From a virus, in the IMG/VR virus record IMGVR_UViG_3300027777_000028, positions 1 to 64,000 of that record: 64,000 nt of DNA; one strand, given 5' to 3'. Each line of letters starts with the position of its first letter. The first letter of the stretch is position 1. Shown piece by piece: positions 40,601-50,900 of this stretch. Below the pieces are notes generated by a model. The model searched no databases. It saw nothing but the letters and a program-made list of their open reading frames with translations, and was not told the DNA's origin. The position numbers and the translations under genes were made by a program.

Positions 40601-41050
40601 ATGAAAGAACAAGAAATAACAAAAGTAGAATTTTTGTTAATGTGTAATGAAAACATTGTTGTCCAAAGATTTTTTAATGTTAGAGGATTCAATAAAAACG
40701 CTCACAAATCAGAAAATTTTTATGATCATATTAATTCGTTGTGTAACGAACTACAATATGATTTAAAGATGAGATCTGTAAGTTATTTATTGACTAATCA
40801 ATACGAGATTTTTGAAAATCCCGAAATCTTAAACACATCAATTACGGATGGTCCAGAAAAATTTAATTTAATTATTAAGGTTGGAGACCTGACAATTTGT
40901 CATAGGCAGTTTGATGCCAAAGTATACCCTCCGAAGGTAAGATACACCGTAGACCTACGCCCAAAGTTAAAAACGATAATGGCTGGTCTTACTGACATTT
41001 TTTCAGGTAAGAAATTTAATTATTTTTATCCCGAACTTATCAAAAATTAA
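40601..41050 (+). CDS. Hypothetical protein in the replication cluster
   Basis: 149-aa co-oriented ORF. Confidence 0.65.
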   Translation: MKEQEITKVEFLLMCNENIVVQRFFNVRGFNKNAHKSENFYDHINSLCNELQYDLKMRSVSYLLTNQYEIFENPEILNTSITDGPEKFNLIIKVGDLTICHRQFDAKVYPPKVRYTVDLRPKLKTIMAGLTDIFSGKKFNYFYPELIKN

Positions 41051-41083
41051 TAGTATTTATCATACGAAAGGAGAAACAAGACA

Positions 41084-42484
41084 ATGGCAACGAGTAAAAA
41101 TTTTGAGTATTTAGGAAATACATTTCAATTACAACTTTTAAATCAAATTATAGTAGACAAAGATTTTTCACATTCTATTATTGATGTAATTGAGAACAAC
41201 TATTTTGAAAACAAATACTTCAAAATAATCATTCAAATGGTGAGGGAATATTATTTAAAATATGATCACACACCATCATTTGAAACCCTTGAACAAATAA
41301 CTAAATCTGAACTTCAGCAGGAATTAGCATCCAAGATTGTAATGGACACAATCAAGAAAATTAAGGATGCACCTATTGATGGCGTAGGTTTCGTTCAAGA
41401 AAAGGCTTTAAAATTCTGTAAACAACAAGAACTTCAAAAGGTAATGGGTCAGGCCCAAAAGATCATTGACGGAGGTGAGTTTGAAAACTACGACACTTTA
41501 GAGGAGTTGGTTAAGACAGCACTTCAAGTAGGAGCAAAAGACACATCAATGACGGATATATTTTCGAACCTTGATCAAGTGTTAGAAGAAGATTACAGAC
41601 ACCCAATTCCTATGGGAATCCCTGGTATTGACAGACTACTTAAAGGTGGTTTGGCTAAAGGAGAAATCGGTGTAATCTTAGCACCAACTGGTGTGGGTAA
41701 ATCAACAATTTTAACAAAGATTGCTAATCACTCATTTAATCTTGGGTTTAACGTCCTTCAAGTCTTTTTTGAGGACAATCCAAAGGTTATTCAAAGAAAG
41801 CATATCACGTTGTGGACAAAGATTCACCCTGACGATTTGTCAGGAAAAAAAGACGAGGTAATGAAAAAAGTCAAAGAAGTTGAAGAGTCGATGCCAAATA
41901 AGTTGATAATGAAAAAGTTACCTTCAGATACAATGACTATGTTACAAATCAAAAATCAAATTAGAAAAATTATTTCTGATGGGATTAAAATTGACATGGT
42001 GGTTTTAGATTATATTGATTGTGTTGTTCCAGACAAAAACTTGGGTGATGAATGGAAAAGTGAAGGTTCGGTAATGAGAGCATTTGAGGCAATGTGTCAC
42101 GAAATGGATCTTGTTGGGTGGACTGCAACACAAGGAAATAGGGCATCAATTTCATCAGAAGTTGTTACAACAGACCAAATGGGTGGGTCAATTAAAAAGG
42201 CACAAGTTGGTCACGTAATCATATCGGTAGCAAAAACATTACAACAAAAAGAACTTAAACTGGCAACAATCGCGATAACCAAGTCAAGAATTGGGGATGA
42301 CGGAATTGTGTTTGAAAATTGTAAATTTGATAACGCAATGATTGAAATCGACACAGAAAGTTCAATGACGTTCTTGGGAATTGAAGAACAAAAAGAAGAA
42401 AGACAAAGAGAAAGGGTAAAAGAACTTATTAAAAAACGACAAGAAAAGGAGTCACAAAAGCCACAATCTCCGGTAAATAATTAA
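41084..42484 (+). CDS. Replicative DNA helicase (DnaB/gp41-like)
   Basis: Walker A APTGVGKST, VVLDYID, WTATQGNR, KSRIG. Confidence 0.92.
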   Translation: MATSKNFEYLGNTFQLQLLNQIIVDKDFSHSIIDVIENNYFENKYFKIIIQMVREYYLKYDHTPSFETLEQITKSELQQELASKIVMDTIKKIKDAPIDGVGFVQEKALKFCKQQELQKVMGQAQKIIDGGEFENYDTLEELVKTALQVGAKDTSMTDIFSNLDQVLEEDYRHPIPMGIPGIDRLLKGGLAKGEIGVILAPTGVGKSTILTKIANHSFNLGFNVLQVFFEDNPKVIQRKHITLWTKIHPDDLSGKKDEVMKKVKEVEESMPNKLIMKKLPSDTMTMLQIKNQIRKIISDGIKIDMVVLDYIDCVVPDKNLGDEWKSEGSVMRAFEAMCHEMDLVGWTATQGNRASISSEVVTTDQMGGSIKKAQVGHVIISVAKTLQQKELKLATIAITKSRIGDDGIVFENCKFDNAMIEIDTESSMTFLGIEEQKEERQRERVKELIKKRQEKESQKPQSPVNN

Positions 42485-42510
42485 ATCACAATTTTAAAAA
42501 TTAAAAAAAA

Positions 42511-44370
42511 ATGGATATTTCACAAAGAATATTAAGCGACATTACGGTGTATATGAAATACGCAAAATTTGTCCCTGACTTAAACAGAAGAGAAACTTGG
42601 GAAGAGTTGGTGACAAGAAACAAAGAAATGCACCAAAAAAAATACCCCCAAATCAAAGAAGAGATTGAGGAAGTATATCAAATGGTATATGACAAAAAAA
42701 TTCTTCCATCTATGAGATCTTTACAATTTGGTGGAAAACCAATTGAGATTTCACCAAACAGAGTTTACAATTGTGCTTATTTACCAATTGATCATGCTGA
42801 TGCTTTTTCAGAAACAATGTTTTTGCTTTTAGGTGGAACAGGAGTTGGTTTTTCGGTTCAAAAACATCACGTTGATAAACTACCCGAAATTAAAAGACCA
42901 AACCCAAATAGAACAAGAAGATATTTGATTGGAGATTCTATCGAAGGATGGGCTGACGCAATTAAAGTATTAATTGAATCTTATTTAGGATTAAAATCAT
43001 CAACACCAATTTTTGATTTTTCTGACATCAGACAAAAAGGAGCATTGTTGGTAACATCAGGGGGAAAGGCACCTGGACCACAACCACTTAAAGATTGTAT
43101 TCATAATATCACAAAAGTATTTGAATCAAAACAAGATAGTGAAAAATTAACACCAATCGAAACTCACGATATTGTATGTCATATTGCTGACGCAGTTTTA
43201 GCTGGAGGTATTAGAAGAGCAGCACTTATCAGTTTGTTTTCTGCTGATGATGAAGAAATGATTTCTTGTAAATCAGGAAATTGGTGGGAACAAAACCCAC
43301 AAAGAGGAAGAGCAAACAATTCAGCAGTTTTACTTCGTCACAAAATAACCAAAGAATATTTTATGGATTTGTGGAAAAGAATTGAATTATCAGGAGCAGG
43401 TGAACCAGGAATTTATTTATCAAATGATAAAGATTGGGGAACAAACCCTTGTTGTGAAATCGGTCTTCGTCCTTACCAATTTTGTAATTTATGTGAAGTA
43501 AACGCATCTGATATTGAATCACAGGAAGACTTTGAAAAAAGAGTAAAAGGGGCGGCGTTCATTGGAACATTACAAGCAGGATATACAGACTTCCATTATC
43601 TTCGTGATGTATGGAAAAGAACCACAGAAAAAGATGCTCTTATTGGTGTTGGAATGACTGGTATTGGATCAGGAGTTGTTTTAGGTTATGATATGGAAGC
43701 GGCCGCACAGGCAGTTAAAGATGAAAACGAAAGAGTCGCTGAACTTATTGGAATTAATAAGGCTGCAAGAACAACCACAGTTAAACCATCAGGAACATCA
43801 TCTTTGGTATTGGGAACTTCATCAGGAATTCACGCTTGGCATAATGACTATTATTTAAGAAGAATCCGTGTTGGAAAAAATGAAGCAATTTATTCTTATC
43901 TTGCAATTAATCACCCCGAACTTGTTGAAGATGAATACTTCCGTCCACACGACACTGCGGTAATTACAATTCCACAGATGGCACCTGAAGGATCAATTTT
44001 ACGATATGAGTCCGTATTTGAGATGTTAGAAAGAGTTAAAAAAGTTTCAAAAGAGTGGATTAAAACAGGGCATAGATCAGGACAAAATAGTCATAACGTA
44101 TCTGCAACAGTTTCAATCAAAGAAAATGAGTGGGAATTAGTTGGAGAATGGATGTGGAAATCAAGAAAATTTTACAACGGCTTATCAGTATTACCTTATT
44201 CAAACCATACTTATACCCAGGCACCTTTTGAAGATTGTAACAAAGAAGATTTTGAAAGATTGTTAAAATCACTAAAAAATGTTGATTTAACAAAAGTAAT
44301 TGAATTACAAGACAATACAAATCTTAGTGGTGAAGCGGCTTGTGCTGGTGGAGCCTGTGAAATAGTATAG
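42511..44370 (+). CDS. nrdJ: Class II (adenosylcobalamin-dependent) ribonucleotide reductase
   Basis: RRETWEE, YNCAY, GTNPCCEI, TVKPSGT and C-terminal CAGGACEI redox pair; no small subunit nearby. Confidence 0.92.
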   Translation: MDISQRILSDITVYMKYAKFVPDLNRRETWEELVTRNKEMHQKKYPQIKEEIEEVYQMVYDKKILPSMRSLQFGGKPIEISPNRVYNCAYLPIDHADAFSETMFLLLGGTGVGFSVQKHHVDKLPEIKRPNPNRTRRYLIGDSIEGWADAIKVLIESYLGLKSSTPIFDFSDIRQKGALLVTSGGKAPGPQPLKDCIHNITKVFESKQDSEKLTPIETHDIVCHIADAVLAGGIRRAALISLFSADDEEMISCKSGNWWEQNPQRGRANNSAVLLRHKITKEYFMDLWKRIELSGAGEPGIYLSNDKDWGTNPCCEIGLRPYQFCNLCEVNASDIESQEDFEKRVKGAAFIGTLQAGYTDFHYLRDVWKRTTEKDALIGVGMTGIGSGVVLGYDMEAAAQAVKDENERVAELIGINKAARTTTVKPSGTSSLVLGTSSGIHAWHNDYYLRRIRVGKNEAIYSYLAINHPELVEDEYFRPHDTAVITIPQMAPEGSILRYESVFEMLERVKKVSKEWIKTGHRSGQNSHNVSATVSIKENEWELVGEWMWKSRKFYNGLSVLPYSNHTYTQAPFEDCNKEDFERLLKSLKNVDLTKVIELQDNTNLSGEAACAGGACEIV

Positions 44371-44372
44371 TT

Positions 44373-44600
44373 ATGACTGTAAATGCATCAAACGATTGGA
44401 TACAACAATTATATGTTCAGGAGACATCAAAAAAATCTCCTGAACCTGATTTTTATGAAAATGAAAACGGAAAAATTGTTATGACCAAATCTTACCATAT
44501 TAAGAGGGGTTCTTGTTGTGGATCAAAATGTTTAAATTGTCCCTACGAACCGAAATATGTCAAAGGAAATAAAATCGTAGAAAAATCACTAAGAAATTAG
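44373..44600 (+). CDS. Small Cys-rich protein (DUF5522-like)
   Basis: FYENENGKIVMTKSYHIKRGSCCGSKCLNCPY. Confidence 0.7.
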   Translation: MTVNASNDWIQQLYVQETSKKSPEPDFYENENGKIVMTKSYHIKRGSCCGSKCLNCPYEPKYVKGNKIVEKSLRN

Positions 44601-44611
44601 TGATTTTTTTT
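44581..44611 (+). terminator. Rho-independent terminator
   Basis: AAAAATCACTAA-GAAA-TTAGTGATTTTT with T tract. Confidence 0.75.
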
Positions 44612-44634
44612 ATATATCTAAACTATTTATTTGT

Positions 44635-45402
44635 ATGTCGAATATTATTTCAGAAGAAATTCAAAAGATTAGAAAAATGATGCTCTTGGAAGAACTAGTC
44701 CAAGAAGACGGAGCCAAGAAATTAAAACAAACTTTAGATATTCTACAAAAAAAAGATAAAGTTTTACTTTTGAGTTGTTCAAACAGATTTAACTGGGACC
44801 CTAAAAACATAGACGTTCCAAAATCAAAGATACTTGCAATGTATTTGAATGAGGAACTTGGAAAAAAATCTGTATTTATGGATGTGTCAGAACTTAAAAT
44901 ATTTCCTTGTGAGGGTAATGTTTCAAGGGAAGAAGGGAATAGTTGTGGTGTATTAAAATCATTATTAAAAGATAATAAAAAAAATCCTTCAGGTCATCAT
45001 AGGTGTTGGGCAAGTTTAAATAATAAAACTGATGAATTATGGAAGATCAGTAAAGAATTATTTGAATCAGACGCTGTGGTATTCTTTAGTTCAGTAAGGT
45101 GGGGACAAGCCAATATGTTTTATCAAAATCTAATAGAAAGATTAAATTGGATTGAAAACATGCATACCACTTTAGGTGAAAAAAATATTGTTAAAGATAT
45201 TGAAACAGGTTTTATTTGTGTTGGTCAAAATTGGAATGGTGAAAATGTCACAGAAACCCAAATGGAGGTTCATAAATTCTATGGATTCAAACCCAATAAA
45301 AAACTATATTGGAATTGGCAATATACAACCGATGCGTATGACGAAAGTAAATCTTCTTACAAAAAATCCCACAAAAAATTCATTGATGATATGGGTTTAT
45401 AA
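44635..45402 (+). CDS. Flavodoxin-fold NAD(P)H-dependent FMN reductase / iron-sulfur-flavoprotein-like protein with N-terminal leader
   Basis: VLLLSCSNR, LKIFPCEG...CG...RCWAS, DELWKISKELFESDAVVFFSSVRWG, QNLIERL. Confidence 0.75.
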   Translation: MSNIISEEIQKIRKMMLLEELVQEDGAKKLKQTLDILQKKDKVLLLSCSNRFNWDPKNIDVPKSKILAMYLNEELGKKSVFMDVSELKIFPCEGNVSREEGNSCGVLKSLLKDNKKNPSGHHRCWASLNNKTDELWKISKELFESDAVVFFSSVRWGQANMFYQNLIERLNWIENMHTTLGEKNIVKDIETGFICVGQNWNGENVTETQMEVHKFYGFKPNKKLYWNWQYTTDAYDESKSSYKKSHKKFIDDMGL

Positions 45403-45536
45403 AATCGGTTATTATAAATATAAATCATCGTCATAGGACAAAAAAAATATCCGATGTGTTTTTTCAAGATAGGTCGGGATTTTTTATTTAATGTAATTTT
45501 TACTTAAAAAAAACCTAACCTATATTTATATGTGAT

Positions 45537-45995
45537 ATGGCAAATGGTATTACTTATGGAATTTCTTTCCCTTTTGTTGACTCTTTCACAGGACGATATT
45601 TGGACGTAACAAATTCAACTGAAGGTGAAATAAGGGCTAATTTGGTTCATTTATTACTAACAAGAAAAGGATCGAGATATTTTTTACCTGATTTTGGAAC
45701 AAGACTTTATGAGTTTATATTTGAACCATTAGACGGACCAACTTTTTCTGATATTGAAGCCGAGATAAGAAGTACGATTGGAACTTATATGCCAAATTTG
45801 CAAGTAACCAATATAAGTGTTGAACCGGCATCTGCGGGTTTAGAAGATAAAGGTTATACCGTGAATAGAGATGGAGAAAGGGAGTTTAAAGTTACAAATA
45901 TCGCAACTTTAGAACACACCGCAAAAATTAAAATAGATTATCGTATAACAGATTCGGCTTTTGAATCTCAAGATTTTATCATTATCAATATTTAA
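45537..45995 (+). CDS. Baseplate wedge protein (gp25-like)
   Basis: IRANLVHLLLTRKGSRYFLPDFGTRLYEFIFEP. Confidence 0.9.
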   Translation: MANGITYGISFPFVDSFTGRYLDVTNSTEGEIRANLVHLLLTRKGSRYFLPDFGTRLYEFIFEPLDGPTFSDIEAEIRSTIGTYMPNLQVTNISVEPASAGLEDKGYTVNRDGEREFKVTNIATLEHTAKIKIDYRITDSAFESQDFIIINI

Positions 45996-46001
45996 TATTA
46001 T

Positions 46002-47843
46002 ATGGCTGAGAAAAAAATTTCCTATACCGTAAGGGACTTTCAAGGAGTTAGAACTGAATTAATTAATTTTACAAGAACTTATTATCCTGATTTGGTTCAA
46101 AACTTTAATGATGCAGGTATTTTTTCTGTGATGTTAGATTTGAATGCTGCGGTTACGGATAACTTGAATTATCAAATTGATAGAAGTATTCAAGAAACCG
46201 TATTACAATTTGCACAACAAAAAAATTCGGTATATAATATTGCAAGAACTTATGGATTAAAAGTTCCTGGACAAAGACCATCGGTTGCTTTAATTGATTT
46301 TTCAATTACGGTTCCGGCTTTTGGAGATAGAGAAGATTTGAGATATTGTGGTGTTTTACGAAGAGGATCACAAGTTAATGGTGGAGGACAACCATTTGAA
46401 ACGGTATATGATATTGACTTCGCGTCACCAATCAATGCTGAAGGGTCACCAAATAGAGTTAAAATACCTAACTTTGATTCAAGTGGAAAACTATTAAATT
46501 ATACAATTGTCAAAAGAGAAGTTGTTGTTAACGGTATTACAAAAGTATATAAAAGGGTAATAACACCAAATGATTCGAAACCTTATTTAGAATTATTTTT
46601 ACCTGAAAAAAATGTATTAGGAATTACTAGTGTTTTATTGAAACCTGGAACTCAATATTCAACAATACCAAATCCACAAGACTTTTTAACTTTGGGACAA
46701 GAAAGATGGTATGAGGTTGACGCATTAGTTCAAGATAGAGTTTTTATTGAAGATCCAACGAAAACTTCAGATCAACCAGGTATAAAAGTAGGAAGATATA
46801 TTACGACATCAAACAAATTTATTTCTGAATATACACCACAAGGATTTTGTAAAATGACGTTTGGTGGGGGAAATATTTCTGCTGATGAACAATTAAGACA
46901 ATTTGCAATTGATGGAAAAGGATTTGATTTGAGTAGGTATACAAACAATTATGCTTTGGGAGCGGCTCTTTCACCAAATACTACATTATTTGTTCAATAT
47001 AGAATTGGTGGTGGTTTATCAAGTAATTTGGGTATTAATACAATAAATCAAATTGGTACGGTTTCATTTGCAGTAAATGGACCTTCACAAAGTGTTAATA
47101 ATAGTGTTATTAATAGTTTACAATGTAATAACGTAACTGCAGCAATTGGAGGAGCAAATCCACCAACAACTGAAGATGTTAGAAATTTGGTGTCTTTTAA
47201 CTTTGCAGCTCAAAACAGAGCGGTAACCGTAAATGATTATAATTCACTTATTAGAACTATGCCATCTCAATTTGGGGCACCAGCAAAAGTTGCTATCACG
47301 GAAGAAAACAACAAAATAAGAATTAAAATGTTGTCTTATGACGCTAATGGAACTTTAACAAATGTTGTATCAAACACCTTAAAACAAAATGTTGCAAATT
47401 ATTTATCAAACTACAGAATGATAAATGATTATATATCTATTGAGGCCGCTGATACAATAGACTTGGCTGTCACAGTTGACGTAGTTTTAGATAATAGTCA
47501 AAATCAGGGAGCAATCATTTCAAAAACAATTCAAATTATTACGGACTTCTTTAATCCGTTAGTTAGAAATCTTGGTCAAAATGTTAATATCTCTGAATTG
47601 AGAAGATTAATTCAATCAGAAAATGGAATTGTAAGTATTACAGATGTTTTATTCTTTAATCAAGTTGGAGGTCAATATTCGTCAAGTCAAACTTCTATGC
47701 CGTATGCAGATCCTGTTACAAGACAAATTCAACCAACGGCAGATACTTTATTCGCAACACCAACACAAACTTATCAGATTAGATATCCAAACAAGGATAT
47801 TAATGTTAGAGTTTTGAACCTGAAATCAGTAAACTTCTCTTAG
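46002..47843 (+). CDS. Baseplate wedge subunit (gp6/baseplate J-like)
   Basis: RDFQGVRTEL, YRIGGGLSSN, GGANP, AQNRAVTVNDY. Confidence 0.88.
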   Translation: MAEKKISYTVRDFQGVRTELINFTRTYYPDLVQNFNDAGIFSVMLDLNAAVTDNLNYQIDRSIQETVLQFAQQKNSVYNIARTYGLKVPGQRPSVALIDFSITVPAFGDREDLRYCGVLRRGSQVNGGGQPFETVYDIDFASPINAEGSPNRVKIPNFDSSGKLLNYTIVKREVVVNGITKVYKRVITPNDSKPYLELFLPEKNVLGITSVLLKPGTQYSTIPNPQDFLTLGQERWYEVDALVQDRVFIEDPTKTSDQPGIKVGRYITTSNKFISEYTPQGFCKMTFGGGNISADEQLRQFAIDGKGFDLSRYTNNYALGAALSPNTTLFVQYRIGGGLSSNLGINTINQIGTVSFAVNGPSQSVNNSVINSLQCNNVTAAIGGANPPTTEDVRNLVSFNFAAQNRAVTVNDYNSLIRTMPSQFGAPAKVAITEENNKIRIKMLSYDANGTLTNVVSNTLKQNVANYLSNYRMINDYISIEAADTIDLAVTVDVVLDNSQNQGAIISKTIQIITDFFNPLVRNLGQNVNISELRRLIQSENGIVSITDVLFFNQVGGQYSSSQTSMPYADPVTRQIQPTADTLFATPTQTYQIRYPNKDINVRVLNLKSVNFS

Positions 47844-47918
47844 TAATTTATTTTTTTCAACTTATAACTATTTTTATCAAAATAGCAAATAAACTATTTA
47901 TGAAAAAACGTTTTTTTA

Positions 47919-50900
47919 ATGGGTAAGTCGTATAGAATAAGAACTGAAGTTGGTGTAGACAAATACATAAATGTAAATTTAGAACAAGATTGGGAATCTT
48001 TAGAGATATTGTCTTTAAAGATTTTGGCAAACGATGTGTATACTCGTTTTTGTTCTGACTATGGTGTTGTCACGGGTAGAGTTTTTGTAAACGGAGGATT
48101 TGGATTACCAAACGCTAAAGTCTCTGTTTTTATTCCGTTGGATGCTGCTGACGAATTAAACCCCGTAATCTCAGAATTATATCCATATAAAACAATAACT
48201 GAAACCAACGCGGATGGTTATAGATATAATCTATTACCTAAATTACCTTCATATAACGGACACGTCTCGACAGGATCATTTCCGAATAAGGGAGATGTTT
48301 TAATGGACGGATCGTATATTGAGGTATACGACAAATATTATAGGTTCACCGTAACAACAAATGAAAGTGGTGATTTTATGTTTTTTGGTGTTCCAGTTGG
48401 AACTCAAACAATCGTAATGGATGTTGATTTATCTGACATTGGTTGTTTTTCATTATCACCACAAGATCTAATACAACAAGGATTAGCAACCGAAACTCAA
48501 GTTAATGGGGCCAAATTTAAATCATCAACAAACCTAAGAGAGTTACCACAAATTAAAAATTTAGTTTTTGACGTTGATGTTCGACCATTTTGGGGTGATG
48601 CAGAACTTTGTCAAGTTGGAATAACACGAGTTGATTTTGATTTAACAAAACAAGCAAATATCAACATACAACCTACGGCGATTTTTATGGGGTCGATTAT
48701 CTCGACAACTGATGACGACGCTTTAAAGGTAAGTTGTAAACCAAAAAATAACACGGGTAATTTATGTGAATTAGTTGCAGGACCTGGTGAAATTCAAGCA
48801 ATTAGACAAACCATATTTTCGGATGATAATGGACTTCCGATCTTAGAAAGATACCAAATAGAACAAGAAGGAAAGGTTATTGATGCTGACGGAACTTATT
48901 TATTAAATGTACCAATGAACCTTGATTATGTTTTTACCAATGAGTTCGGACAACAAGTAATATCTAATGATCCAAAAAAAGGAATACCAACAAAAGGGAA
49001 ATATAGATTTAGGTTTAAGTGGCAAAACGAACAAGGACTTCAAGGAAGTTTTCAAAGAGCAAATTTTTTAGTTCCAAATATTAAAGAATATGGTTGGAAT
49101 AACACATATAATTCATCAAACGACCCATTCACCAATTTATCACCAGGAACTTATACATATCCATCAATACCTGCTGGATCAATTACGGGTTTAACAGCAA
49201 CAAATAATTTTGGTGTTAATTTAGGTCTGTCACAACCTACAACAAATAATGTTAGTTCATATTCAATTTATCTTAATGGTCAATTGTATATTGGAAGTTT
49301 AAATTCAATACCTTTTAATATTGGTGATACGATACAAATTGTTGCAACTCCTGTTGATTCATCTCAACCTCAATCAATCGTATTTACATCATATCAAGAG
49401 GAGTTATTTAATTTGTTAAGATCATACGCTTTTAGTACAGATTGGGATGATTATGCTAATGTACAAGAAGCTCTTAACTGTGAAGACACATTTTATGAAT
49501 TTCATTATAATAAGGTATATACCACCGCCATGTTTTTGGACCGATATAAAAAAGGTATTGGTAGAGCAAAACATTTAGGTATTAAAGAAATTGATAATAG
49601 ATCTTGTAAATCAACCGTCAACACATTTCCAGTAAACGACATTATTAGAAATTTTGACGCAATATTTTTTGTTTTTAATATTCTTATAAACATTCTAACA
49701 TTTCCAATTTTAACTCTTTTATTTGTTGCTCATTTTATTTCATTTTTATGGCCAATATTAAAGTATGTTCTTATTATATTGGGTATTGTGTTGACAATAC
49801 AGGCGGCCACTGATCTCCAAAATGTTTTTGAAAACACTTCTGAAGTTATAGAGGCAACACTAAGTGCGATAAGTGTTAATTTAGGAGGTCCTGTTGTAGA
49901 TACTGGTGCGTTAATAAAGTCCGTTAGGTTACTTATAAAACAATTTATACTAATTGCAAAGGCAGCTTTTTCAGTAGTATTAGCAGCTTCGTTTACTGCA
50001 TTTGCAATATTTGCCGCAGCAAAAATAAAAGGATTTCCAAGAATTGGATTACCAATGATTTCATATCCTGATTGTACAAGTTGTGATTGTGACTGTAAAA
50101 ATGCAGACATGAGTGATGATTTTGACTCAAATTCTGTTTACAATGAAATTAATACCGCAGCACAATCATCAGGTGGGGGAACAAACAATACTGTGTTGTC
50201 AACACCAAAAACATTGATTGCTCCTGTGAATTCTTCCGCGGCATATGCATTAGATCATCCAAATTTAAAAAATGATCCAAATAATAATGACCCTTTTCCT
50301 CCTTGTAAATCATTAACAACTTTGATTGGTAACGGTGATATTACTATTGACGTTGTTGTTAAGGCTTCTTTAGATTATATAAGAATTGCTTCTGGATCTG
50401 ACGTTATTAGTTCAACAGACCCAAATAGGTATTTACCAAATGAAGCTTATTTATTAAAAGCACCACAACCATTTTTATTTACCGCAGATAAAAATCCAGG
50501 GGCGGACGATAGATCTTTTGCATATCCTACTTCTGTGACATTTTCACAAAAATTAAATGAATTTAACACTAGAGACAAATACTTCAAAAGTAGTACAACT
50601 TCAGCATTTGGTAGTGGTGTAAATAGGATTAAAACAGTTGTGAATCCAACATCAGGATCAACACCATATGAAGATCAGGTTATAGTTGTATTAATGAATC
50701 CTGGATCTACAGAATCATTAGGTGTTGGAAACGTAGTTACATTCCAAGATCCAAATTATATGGATTCAGGATCTACTCTAAGAATGGTAAATTTGACGGG
50801 AGCAACAACAAACCAATTTCAAAATAACTCAATAACAGGAACGACATTAACAGGTCAAACATCTATATCAATAAATTATGCAAACCCTAATAATCCTTTA

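Noticed and set aside
45441-45486. Terminator after the flavoprotein gene
   Set aside because: Only a short imperfect stem (TCCGA/TCGGG) with a long loop; too weak to call.
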